A stretch of 64,000 nucleotides of DNA from Verrucomicrobiota bacterium (lineage in GTDB: Bacteria > Verrucomicrobiota > Verrucomicrobiia > Limisphaerales > AAA164-E04): contig CP170459.1 in the NCBI GenBank assembly GCA_047947115.1, positions 1,472,001 through 1,536,000 of the forward strand, given 5' to 3'. The notes under the pieces were generated by a model. The model had not been told where the DNA came from, searched no databases, and was given only the letters and a program-made list of their open reading frames with translations. Positions 39,724 through 47,962 of the stretch are shown here, piece by piece (positions within the stretch are counted from its first letter, which is position 1; every line of letters begins with the position of its first letter). A program made the translations under genes and the position numbers.

Positions 39724-40557
39724 TCATCCTCCTACCGCCGTATAAGATTTGATTCCGCGGCTCCACACAAACCGTGCCGCGAAGAATGCGATGACCAGCC
39801 ATATGAATTGCACGATCAAGCCGTTCCACATGTCGCTTCCCTCGACGCGTCCCAAGTAGATCAACACCGGATAAGACAGAAGATAAGGGAACGGGGTCCA
39901 ATAAAGCAGAGTCTCCAACCAGCCGGGTAACAGGTCAATGGGGAAGAGATGCCCTCCCGCCACATATTCGAAGGCGTACAAGATAAAGATGAACGTCGCC
40001 ACTTCCAGCAGCCAAAACGCCAACAAGGCCATCGTGTAGGAAAGCATGAATTGAAGCAAACCCGTGAGCACCAGGGAAACCAGCGACAGGATCAAAGCTT
40101 CCTTGCTTGCCGGTGAGGCCCAATACTGCTGCTGCCACAGCAAGAACAATCCAACCGGAATGGATGCTACCGCCAGATACATGGCGCGATTGGCAAAGAA
40201 CAGGCTGAGGCGAAAGGTGAGGTAGTCGATGGGTTTCAGTAGGAACTGGCTGATGGTGCCATTTCTAATATCGGCAACGATCTGCCAATCGTCTTCATTC
40301 ACCGCTGTGAGTGAGTTCACGACAAGGATCAGCAGGTAGTAGGAAATCATGTGGGACAACTCATACGTTCCGATGGTCTCTCCTTCGCCTTTCCCTGAGA
40401 AAATGGTTTTCCACAGGAGCACCTGGGCAAGAAGGGGAATCAAGGAAAAGACGGATCGGAAAAGGAAGTTCATCCTGTAGGCAAGCGTGTTCTGGATGCC
40501 GATATTGATGACATGTGCGTATTTGCTGAAGGATGAGAGTCTTGCCGACATATCCAT
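39724..40557 (-). CDS. ABC-2 family permease (DUF990-like)
   Basis: LAYRMNF, DIRNGTISQFLLKP, GHLFPIDLLP, YTAVGG. Confidence 0.85.
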   Translation of the reverse strand: MDMSARLSSFSKYAHVINIGIQNTLAYRMNFLFRSVFSLIPLLAQVLLWKTIFSGKGEGETIGTYELSHMISYYLLILVVNSLTAVNEDDWQIVADIRNGTISQFLLKPIDYLTFRLSLFFANRAMYLAVASIPVGLFLLWQQQYWASPASKEALILSLVSLVLTGLLQFMLSYTMALLAFWLLEVATFIFILYAFEYVAGGHLFPIDLLPGWLETLLYWTPFPYLLSYPVLIYLGRVEGSDMWNGLIVQFIWLVIAFFAARFVWSRGIKSYTAVGG

Positions 40558-40564
40558 AAAGGTT

Positions 40565-41368
40565 TCAATCCTTGCTTGGACTCACGTAACGTGGAGGATA
40601 AACCGTTTGATGCAATACGGTCGCGAGCTTTTGCGTGAAGCGGTCTATGCCGGTTTTTTCACGAGATCCAAGATCATATCGAATCGCTTTACCGAGATAG
40701 TCCGACCGAAAAGCGGCATCGAACCTTTCGTCATTCCGGACAAAAGCATCCAGATGTTGCATGCCGTTTTGCTTGGCGGCATACAAACCTTTCAGCATGT
40801 CGGGGTGAGCGCTGGATTCACGGATTGCCCAGACCGCATATACAAATGGCAACTGAAAGCATTCTTGCCAGGCTTGTCCCAGGTCCCAGATCTGATGTGG
40901 GGCATGATTCATGCGAAATGAAATGGCGGGATCTCCGATCAGCAACACCGCTTCTTTTTCCACCGCTGTTTCGTAGTCGGTGAGTGGTTGCCATCGAGGA
41001 GTGATACCTTTTTCCAATAACAAGATTTTTAACAGATTGATGCTGGTCAACGAAGCCGGATCACAGTGGACAGTATGCACATTTTCCAGTGGGCATTTGG
41101 TAGCCAGGAAGACGCTTTGGACGGGACCGTCACTCGCTACCGCCACGTCGTCAAGAATGAGATATCCCGGATGCAACAGTGCTTCTGTGATACTGACCAA
41201 AGCGGCATCCAAAGTTTCGTTTTCCAGCATTCCGGCCAGTTGTGATGGCGGCGCAAAAACCACATGATCCTCGATGCCGGCGGTCAGGGGAACGGCATTG
41301 AGGTAGGGAACCGATCCCACACGAAAGCGTGAAAGCGGATGCGTGTCAGTCCTGGAGGGTGCACTCAT
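40565..41368 (-). CDS. mqnA: Chorismate dehydratase (futalosine menaquinone pathway)
   Basis: VPYLNAVPL, GPVQSV, SLTS, LLIGDPA, DLGQAW...LPFVYAVW. Confidence 0.9.
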   Translation of the reverse strand: MSAPSRTDTHPLSRFRVGSVPYLNAVPLTAGIEDHVVFAPPSQLAGMLENETLDAALVSITEALLHPGYLILDDVAVASDGPVQSVFLATKCPLENVHTVHCDPASLTSINLLKILLLEKGITPRWQPLTDYETAVEKEAVLLIGDPAISFRMNHAPHQIWDLGQAWQECFQLPFVYAVWAIRESSAHPDMLKGLYAAKQNGMQHLDAFVRNDERFDAAFRSDYLGKAIRYDLGSREKTGIDRFTQKLATVLHQTVYPPRYVSPSKD

Positions 41369-41377
41369 TACGCGGAT

Positions 41378-42511
41378 TCAAGGCTTTTTGACTGGACGAT
41401 TTTCAACCGCGTTTTTTGTGGGGACCGGTTGATAAAAGGTGTTTCGTTGTATGGGTTCACGTCCGGCTTCAACAATAGCCTTGCGCATGGCATCTTCGGT
41501 CTGACCCTGGGGCGAACCGGCTCCTGCCATGTGGAAGATATGCTCTTCAACAATGGTTCCATGCAAATCATCAGCGCCGTAACTCAATGCCACCTGAGCC
41601 ATCTTGAGTCCCATGCCCACCCAGTAGGCGGTGACGTGATCGAAATTGTCCAGGAACAAACGTGCCACCGCAATCGTACGCAGCATGTCGTTGCCTGTGG
41701 GTGGACGATCCACGGGGATTTCATTGTTCTCGGGTTGGTAGGGAAGGGGGACAAAACCGCAAAAACCCCCGGTTTCATCCTGAAGTTCCCTCAGTTGTCT
41801 CATGTGGCTGATGCGATCTTCCAGGGATTCCACATGGCCATAGAGCATGGTGCAGGTGCTTTTACCGCCCAGTTTGTGCCAGCGACGGTGGACATTCAGA
41901 TATTCAGCGGCGGATTCCTTGCCGGTGGCGATTTGTTTTCTCACCTCCGGTTGAAAGATTTCGGCGCCACCGCCTGTCAATGAATCAAGACCACAATCCC
42001 TGAGGGCTCGAAGGGTATCGTCCACCGACTGTTTGGACAGCCAGGCCAAATGCAGGATCTCGACAGCGGTGAAGCATTTCAGCTGTAGCGATGCGCTGAC
42101 ATCTTTCAAGCCGCGCAGCATGTCCGTGTAATAAGAAAATGGCAAACTGGGATGTAATCCACCCACGATGTGCAGTTCGGTGATCCCCAGCGCCAATGCT
42201 TCACGCGCCTTGGTTTGCATCTCCTCGAGGCTGAGTTCGAATCCGTCCTGATCACGCTTTTTTCGGGAGAATGAGCAGAACTGGCAGCTCAGGATGCAGT
42301 AGTTCGAATAGTTGATATATCGATTGACGATGTAGGAGGCGCGGTTCCCGTTTTTTTGTGCATTGACGGCGTTCGCCATGGTGCCCAGCACATTCAGGTC
42401 TGGGCATGTGTACAAACGGAGTGCGTCCTCGTCATTCAAGCGTTGACCGTTCCGAATCTTCTCGTTCAGATCGGCCAGTCCGCTTTTTTCTATCATCCAA
42501 TTCTCACGCAT
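41378..42511 (-). CDS. mqnE: Aminofutalosine synthase, radical SAM (MqnE; MqnC/CofH family)
   Basis: NYSNYCILSCQFC, ELHIVGGLHP, GGGAEIF, TMLYGHVE, YGADDLHGTIVEEHI.HMAG; adjacent to mqnA. Confidence 0.85.
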   Translation of the reverse strand: MRENWMIEKSGLADLNEKIRNGQRLNDEDALRLYTCPDLNVLGTMANAVNAQKNGNRASYIVNRYINYSNYCILSCQFCSFSRKKRDQDGFELSLEEMQTKAREALALGITELHIVGGLHPSLPFSYYTDMLRGLKDVSASLQLKCFTAVEILHLAWLSKQSVDDTLRALRDCGLDSLTGGGAEIFQPEVRKQIATGKESAAEYLNVHRRWHKLGGKSTCTMLYGHVESLEDRISHMRQLRELQDETGGFCGFVPLPYQPENNEIPVDRPPTGNDMLRTIAVARLFLDNFDHVTAYWVGMGLKMAQVALSYGADDLHGTIVEEHIFHMAGAGSPQGQTEDAMRKAIVEAGREPIQRNTFYQPVPTKNAVENRPVKKP

Positions 42512-42671
42512 GTTTCGGTGCGGGGTGGCGTGGTGTTTTGGTAACCCGCTCTACCCCGCCTGAAACGTGTCTAAAAATGCGTCTGATTTCAAGGGCGGAA
42601 CGCCTTAAATGGGTATTTTGCGGTTTGACCGTCCCCGAAAAGGTGAACTTTCCACGCGGAGCAGCCCGCAG

Positions 42672-42888
42672 GTAGAGCTGATCGTCCCGATCCGCTCCTT
42701 GTGGTATCCTTATCCTAAACTGCGAACCAAAGGAAAACCCCAACGTATCCAAAGGACTAAAAATCCAATGCACACGTCCGAGCAGAGTTTCGGTTATTGA
42801 AAAATTGCAGGCTTCCCGAAACGGAAGTTGATCGGATATTGGACCCCACAGGGACGCGCCAGGGATCCACGCAGTCGCGGGATTCTAC
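42672..42888. repeat. REPIN-like element, GTAG family, with a palindromic substitution in the right end
   Basis: GTAGAGCTGATCGTCCCGATCCGCTCCTTGTGG...GCAGGCTTCCCGAAACGGAAGTTGAT...GATTCTAC. Confidence 0.85.
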
Positions 42889-42972
42889 CAATTTTAAGGC
42901 TTTGGCGATTTGTTACGACTTTATCAATGTTGCGAATGGTATGGCTTATGCTCCCTGATGTCGGCTGTTAAA

Positions 42973-43248
42973 ATGAAAGGAAAAGGCATCAGGGTGATGA
43001 AACTCAATACAATTCCGCCTCAGGACTATCTGGAACCCCCGGGGCATGTTAAGACGCAAACGGATATGCAGCTTTGGGCGCGCATCATGATGGAGAGTGA
43101 GTGCCCTTGCATCCATCTGCCGAGATGCGATCCACATACATTTCATCGGATCGCTGATGAACAGGATGTCAGTCCATATCTTGTATACATGTCCGACAAG
43201 GACGAAGCGGACAGCTTGCGATCGTATTGGTTGATCAGGGAATCCTAA
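42973..43248 (+). CDS. Small hypothetical protein
   Basis: Open frame filling the gap before the next + gene; no motif recognised; start uncertain. Confidence 0.45.
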   Translation: MKGKGIRVMKLNTIPPQDYLEPPGHVKTQTDMQLWARIMMESECPCIHLPRCDPHTFHRIADEQDVSPYLVYMSDKDEADSLRSYWLIRES

Positions 43249-43304
43249 TCCTGTCAGTGTGCTTTTCGCGTGACCTGCAGGAGTCGACGTTACATTCTTG
43301 TTTC

Positions 43305-44804
43305 ATGAGATTCCTGTTGCTGTTTTTTTTAGGCGCATGGTCATGCTTTGCGGAAAAGGTTCGATGGGTGATCAGTGAAGCCGAATCAGATCAGCCTGCA
43401 CCTTGTCGCATCCATCTGACGGATTCAGAGGATCAACCGGTTCGTGCTCCTGGACTTCCATTTTGGCGTAATCATTTTGATACGCCTGGAGATTTTACAC
43501 TCGATCTCAAACCGGGGTCCTATCGTTTTGAAATTTTCCGTGGTCCCGAATACCTGATGCTTGAAGGTGGCTTTGAAGTCAAAGCGGGGCATGAAATGTT
43601 GATGTTGCGCCATTCGCTCAAGCGCATCGCTCATATGTCGGAGGAAGGTTGGTGGTCCGGGGAATTGCATATTCATCGGCCGGTGAATGAGGTGCCTCTG
43701 TTGATGCGGGCGGAGGATTTGCATGTGGGTCCGGTGATCACCTGGTGGAATCAAAACAATCCATGGAAGGATCTAGCCTTGCCTGAATCTCTTTGGCGTG
43801 AAGTGGCACCTGATCGATTCATCGGCCTCATGGGGGGCGAGGATGAGCGTCGGGGTGGGGCGTTGTTGTATTTTAATCTCAATGAACCATTGGACATTCA
43901 GTCCGCTCAGCCTGAGCATCCGTCCCCCATGATGTTCCTGAATCAAGCCGAGGCGCTTGGGGCCTGGATTGATATTGAAAAGCCGTTCTGGCGGGATGTC
44001 CCTGCATGGATTGCTTCAGGAAAAGCGGATTCCATTGGTCTGGCAAATAATCACATGTGGGAGCGAGGCATGCTCGACAACGAAGCCTGGGGCAGACCTC
44101 GGCCAATGGAAGATTATCCATCACCACAGGGGAACGGACGATGGACGCAGTTTTTGTATTATCACATTCTCAACGCGGGAATCCAACTGGCTCCATCCGC
44201 CGGAAGCGCGTCGGGAGTGTTGAATAATCCGGTGGGCTACAACCGTGTGTATGTGCATTTGGAAAATGGTTTGAATCTGGACGATTGGTGGGAGGGATTG
44301 CGAGAGGGCAGATCGTTTGTGACCAATGGCCCTTTGCTGCGGTGTCGGGTGGGGGAGTCGCTTCCGGGTGCTCGTCTTGTGGTGTCCGGTTCAGATACTT
44401 CCCATCATTTGATGGCACGCTTGACGAGTAGGGATCCGGTCGAAGCGTTTGAAATCATCCACAACGGTGAAGTCATTCGAAGGATTGCGGTGCGGGATTT
44501 GAAAGGAACGATCGAGCAGGATTTGGGGCAAGCTCCCACCGATCGGCCGGGTTGGTTTTTGGTTCGAGCCGTGACATCCCTTCCTCACACGTTTCGTTTT
44601 GCTTCGACCGCGCCCTTTTATGTGGTCGATGACAATGGTGCCATCCCTGTTCGCGAGGACGCTTGTCAATTTTTCCTTACCTGGGCGCGAGAACGTATGA
44701 ATACCCTTTCATTGGAGGATGATCCGTTGCGCGGGGAAGTTTTGGAATACTGGAAGGAGACTGAGGTGTTCTGGATGGATCGTTTGGCCGGCATTGGAAA
44801 ATAG
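43305..44804 (+). CDS. Secreted CehA/McbA-like (PHP-fold) metallohydrolase
   Basis: Signal peptide, RGPEY, WWSGELHIHR, SAGSASG, GYNRVYV, GRSFVTNGPLL. Confidence 0.75.
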   Translation: MRFLLLFFLGAWSCFAEKVRWVISEAESDQPAPCRIHLTDSEDQPVRAPGLPFWRNHFDTPGDFTLDLKPGSYRFEIFRGPEYLMLEGGFEVKAGHEMLMLRHSLKRIAHMSEEGWWSGELHIHRPVNEVPLLMRAEDLHVGPVITWWNQNNPWKDLALPESLWREVAPDRFIGLMGGEDERRGGALLYFNLNEPLDIQSAQPEHPSPMMFLNQAEALGAWIDIEKPFWRDVPAWIASGKADSIGLANNHMWERGMLDNEAWGRPRPMEDYPSPQGNGRWTQFLYYHILNAGIQLAPSAGSASGVLNNPVGYNRVYVHLENGLNLDDWWEGLREGRSFVTNGPLLRCRVGESLPGARLVVSGSDTSHHLMARLTSRDPVEAFEIIHNGEVIRRIAVRDLKGTIEQDLGQAPTDRPGWFLVRAVTSLPHTFRFASTAPFYVVDDNGAIPVREDACQFFLTWARERMNTLSLEDDPLRGEVLEYWKETEVFWMDRLAGIGK

Positions 44805-44904
44805 GTTGCCCAAGTGGTGTTTCGGGGTAATTTCTTCGACCATGGAGTTTGTGAGGATTAAGCCAACGTATTCAGTCCATTTGAATCCACGTCTTGGGGA
44901 CGCA

Positions 44905-44973
44905 GTTGATTGGAATGGAATTGGGGTGCGATCCAGGCGCGCTCGCGGGCCTGCGTCAGCAGGTCTCTTCTAC
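44905..44973. repeat. Degenerate right half of a GTAG-family REPIN
   Basis: GTTGATTGGAAT...GGCGCGC...CTAC, with CCTGCGTCAGCAGG at 44950-44963. Confidence 0.5.
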
Positions 44974-45042
44974 CTGTTGCGTTGGTTGCAATGGCCTAAA
45001 CCCTTGTCCGTTTATGGAAGCGTAGGATAATCATATCAGCCA

Positions 45043-45600
45043 ATGGATCTTCCTTTCAAAATACCTGATCTCAATCCAGCTCAATGGAACCTCGTCACGG
45101 GCATCCTTGTCGGGCTTTCATTGCTCCTCTTTGGGCGAAGATTGTATTGGCTGATGTTTGCGACCGTCTGGTTTCTCGTTGCCATGTTGGTGACCACGGT
45201 TTTTTTACCGCCGACCCAGGAATCGCAGTGGTGGTTGGTGGTCCCGTTTATTGCCGGCATCGCCGGGGCTATCCTGAGCCTCTTTGTGCACAAAACCGCT
45301 CTACGATTTTTCGGCGCACTCGCGGGCGCCTATGTAGGATATCATCTCTTGCAGCCTCACGTTGTGGATCCCTGGCCCTGGGTTGGTTTGGGCGTGGGCG
45401 TGTTGGTGGGATTCCTGATGGTGATGATGGTTTTCAATGGGGCGCTCATTCTCCTGTCCTCCTTGCTTGGGGCCATGTTACTGCTCGAACCCATGTCCGC
45501 CTCCCCGGAAGTCCGCATGGCGGTGACAGCTGGATTGGTCATTGTGGGGTGCGCGATACAAACACGCTCGCGTCCCAAGGACAAGAAAGAGAAAGATTAA
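45043..45600 (+). CDS. Integral membrane protein (DUF4203-like)
   Basis: About 7 Gly-rich TM helices; LLLFGRRLYW, LSSLLGA. Confidence 0.75.
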   Translation: MDLPFKIPDLNPAQWNLVTGILVGLSLLLFGRRLYWLMFATVWFLVAMLVTTVFLPPTQESQWWLVVPFIAGIAGAILSLFVHKTALRFFGALAGAYVGYHLLQPHVVDPWPWVGLGVGVLVGFLMVMMVFNGALILLSSLLGAMLLLEPMSASPEVRMAVTAGLVIVGCAIQTRSRPKDKKEKD

Positions 45601-45614
45601 AATCTGATGAGCCC

Positions 45615-46634
45615 TTACTTCTTTGGAGGTTCTACTCCTAATTTTTGGAAGGACAGTGGGGTGGCTGCACGTCCCTGGGGGGTTCGGATGAGGAAGCCTT
45701 CCATGATTAGGTAGGGTTCGTAGACTTCTTCGAGGGTGTCGGATTCTTCTCCGACGGCAACGGCCAGGGAGTTGATGCCGACGGGGCCGCCTCCGAATTT
45801 GATGACAATGCATTCCAAGATGCGTTTGTCCATTTCATCGAGTCCGTTTTCGTCGATTTCCAGCATGGCAAGGGCTTTGTCCGCTATGTCGGCGGTGACG
45901 CGGCCGTCGTGGCGGACCTGGGCGTAGTCCCGAACGCGGCGCAGGAGATTGTTGGCGATGCGCGGGGTGCCCCGGCTGCGTCGGGCGATTTCAAAGGCGC
46001 CTTCGGTTTCCATCTCCACGTTCAGCAGGCGCGCGGATCGGAGCACGATCTTTTGCAGGTAATCAGCCGGGTAATGATCCAATCGTTCACGCACCGGGAA
46101 TCGACTCAGCAGCGGAGCCGACAAGAGTCCGCTGCGGGTGGTGGCTCCGATGAGGGTGAATTTGGGGAGGTTCAGGCGGACGCTGCGGGCGTTGGGGCCC
46201 TGGTCGATGATGATGTCCAGTTTGTAGTCTTCCATCGCAGGATAGAGGTATTCCTCAATGGTTTTCTGCATGCGATGGATTTCGTCAATGAAGAGGACGT
46301 CACCTTCTTCGAGGTTGGTCAGGAGTCCTGCCAGGTCCCCCGCTTTTTCGATGGTCGGTCCGCTGGTGCTTTTGAGACTGGCTCCCATGCTTTTGGCAAT
46401 GATGCCGGCGAGGGTGGTTTTGCCCAGGCCGGGGGGGCCGTTGAGGAGGATGTGATCCAGCACGTCGCCCCGTTGCTTGGCGGCCTGGACGGCAATTTCG
46501 AGACGTTCCTTGATTTTGTCCTGACCGGTGAAGTCGGAGAACAGCGAGGGTCTCAGCGTCAGTTCCAATGCTGAGTCCGGTCGATTCAAAGTTTCCAGGG
46601 GCCGTTCGTCCATGTGATGGAAAACATGCGCCAT
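45615..46634 (-). CDS. ruvB: Holliday junction branch migration helicase RuvB
   Basis: [50 protein letters not shown]. Confidence 0.97.
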   Translation of the reverse strand: MAHVFHHMDERPLETLNRPDSALELTLRPSLFSDFTGQDKIKERLEIAVQAAKQRGDVLDHILLNGPPGLGKTTLAGIIAKSMGASLKSTSGPTIEKAGDLAGLLTNLEEGDVLFIDEIHRMQKTIEEYLYPAMEDYKLDIIIDQGPNARSVRLNLPKFTLIGATTRSGLLSAPLLSRFPVRERLDHYPADYLQKIVLRSARLLNVEMETEGAFEIARRSRGTPRIANNLLRRVRDYAQVRHDGRVTADIADKALAMLEIDENGLDEMDKRILECIVIKFGGGPVGINSLAVAVGEESDTLEEVYEPYLIMEGFLIRTPQGRAATPLSFQKLGVEPPKK

Positions 46635-46751
46635 GGCCGGGATTGCGACAAGCTGAAAACGATAACGAGCTGTCTTTGGGGGATTTTGTTTGGGAACCGT
46701 AGATTGTGCAGCTTGTCGCAGATTTTTTAAGGGTCGGTTTTTCTGTGCGTC

Positions 46752-46976
46752 AGGGTTTCCTTTGGGTGGTGGGTTTGGTTAGCGGTGCCATAAGGGGCGC
46801 ATCGAGACGATCCGATCTACCATGGGTGAGCTGCAGGTAGATCGGATCGTCCCTGATCCGTGCCTTGTGGTTTTCGAAGGGCAATCAACTTCCGTTTGGG
46901 AAGCCATTGGGTTTCCTTTGGGTGGTGGGTTTGGTTAGGGGTGCCACAAGGGGCGCATCGAGACGATACGGTCTAC
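46752..46976. repeat. Partial REPIN (to 46820), 16-bp linker and a short-class REPIN (46837-46976, 140 bp), inverted relative to the long copies
   Basis: Two copies of GGGTTTCCTTTGGGTGGTGGGTTTGGTTAG.GGTGCCA.AAGGGGCGCATCGAGACGAT.CG.TCTAC; GTAG head at 46837. Confidence 0.85.
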
Positions 46977-46989
46977 CTGGTGGGGTTGG

Positions 46990-47853
46990 TCAAAGGTAAC
47001 GTTCCAGGATCGGCCCCAGTTTATCGATGGTTTCCTGGGGCCAGGCGTCGCGTTGGGTGATGACGGCGTTTTTCAGAGCGTCGTGTGCCGGCCAGTTTGC
47101 TTTCTCCGGGATTTTGGGAATGATGGAGGTGAGGAGTTTTCGGGCGGTGCCGGTGTTGCGGTGGAGGTATTCGATGACTTGTTCGACAGTGACGTGGTCG
47201 TGATCTTCATTCCAGGCGTCGTAGTCGGTGACCATGGCCATGGTGGCGTAGGAGATTTCCGCTTCGCGGGCACATTTTGCTTCACCAAGGTTGGTCATGC
47301 CTATGACGGCGCATTCGGCGTGGTGGTTGAGCAGGGATTCGGCTTTGGTGCTGAAGGCGGGGCCTTCCATGTTGACGTAGCTGCCTCCGTCGTGGCAGGG
47401 GACTTCGTGTTCCTGCGCGGTTTTCAGAAGGATTTGTCGCAGGTTTTCGCAGATCGGGTGGGCAAAGGCGATGTGGGCGACGATGCCTTGTCCAAAGAAG
47501 GTATGGTTTTGGGATTGTTTGGTTCGGTCGACAAACTGGTCGATGAAGACGATGTCGCAGGGATGGTATTGGGGTTGGAGGGAACCGACGGCGCTGACGC
47601 TGATGATCCATTTGACGCCGAGCGATTTCATGGCCCAGATGTTGGCGCGGTGGTTGAGTTCGGCGGGCATCAGGCGGTGTCCTCTGGCGTGTCTGGGTAG
47701 GAATACCACGTCGCGGCCTTCCAGTTTTCCGGTCAGAAATGCGTCCGAAGGTTTGCCAAAGGGGGTGTCGACCGATGTCCAGTTTTGGTCGGTGAATCCT
47801 TCCAGATTGTAAAGTCCGCTGCCTCCAATAATACCAATGCGATGATTCGACAT
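46990..47853 (-). CDS. mtnP: S-methyl-5'-thioadenosine phosphorylase
   Basis: IGIIGGSGLY, TPFGKPSD, FLPRH, NHRANIWA, MEGPAFSTKAES, IGMT, VTDYDAW. Confidence 0.93.
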   Translation of the reverse strand: MSNHRIGIIGGSGLYNLEGFTDQNWTSVDTPFGKPSDAFLTGKLEGRDVVFLPRHARGHRLMPAELNHRANIWAMKSLGVKWIISVSAVGSLQPQYHPCDIVFIDQFVDRTKQSQNHTFFGQGIVAHIAFAHPICENLRQILLKTAQEHEVPCHDGGSYVNMEGPAFSTKAESLLNHHAECAVIGMTNLGEAKCAREAEISYATMAMVTDYDAWNEDHDHVTVEQVIEYLHRNTGTARKLLTSIIPKIPEKANWPAHDALKNAVITQRDAWPQETIDKLGPILERYL

Positions 47854-47962
47854 GGCGGCATTATGGTGGGAGGAGTCGTTGTGACAAATGAAAACGCTGA
47901 TTTTAGCTTTGATTTATGGTTTGGAAGAACTAGATTGTCCAGCTTTTGATAAAGGCAGAAGT

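Noticed and set aside
46644..46720. 12-bp inverted repeat TGCGACAAGCTG/CAGCTTGTCGCA upstream of ruvB
   Set aside because: A single instance with a 53-nt gap next to decayed REPIN sequence; no function can be supported.
14044..46976. Recurrent ~34-bp repeats as a CRISPR array
   Set aside because: They are dispersed, inverted and enclose a conserved core rather than unique spacers; no cas genes; explained as REP/REPIN.
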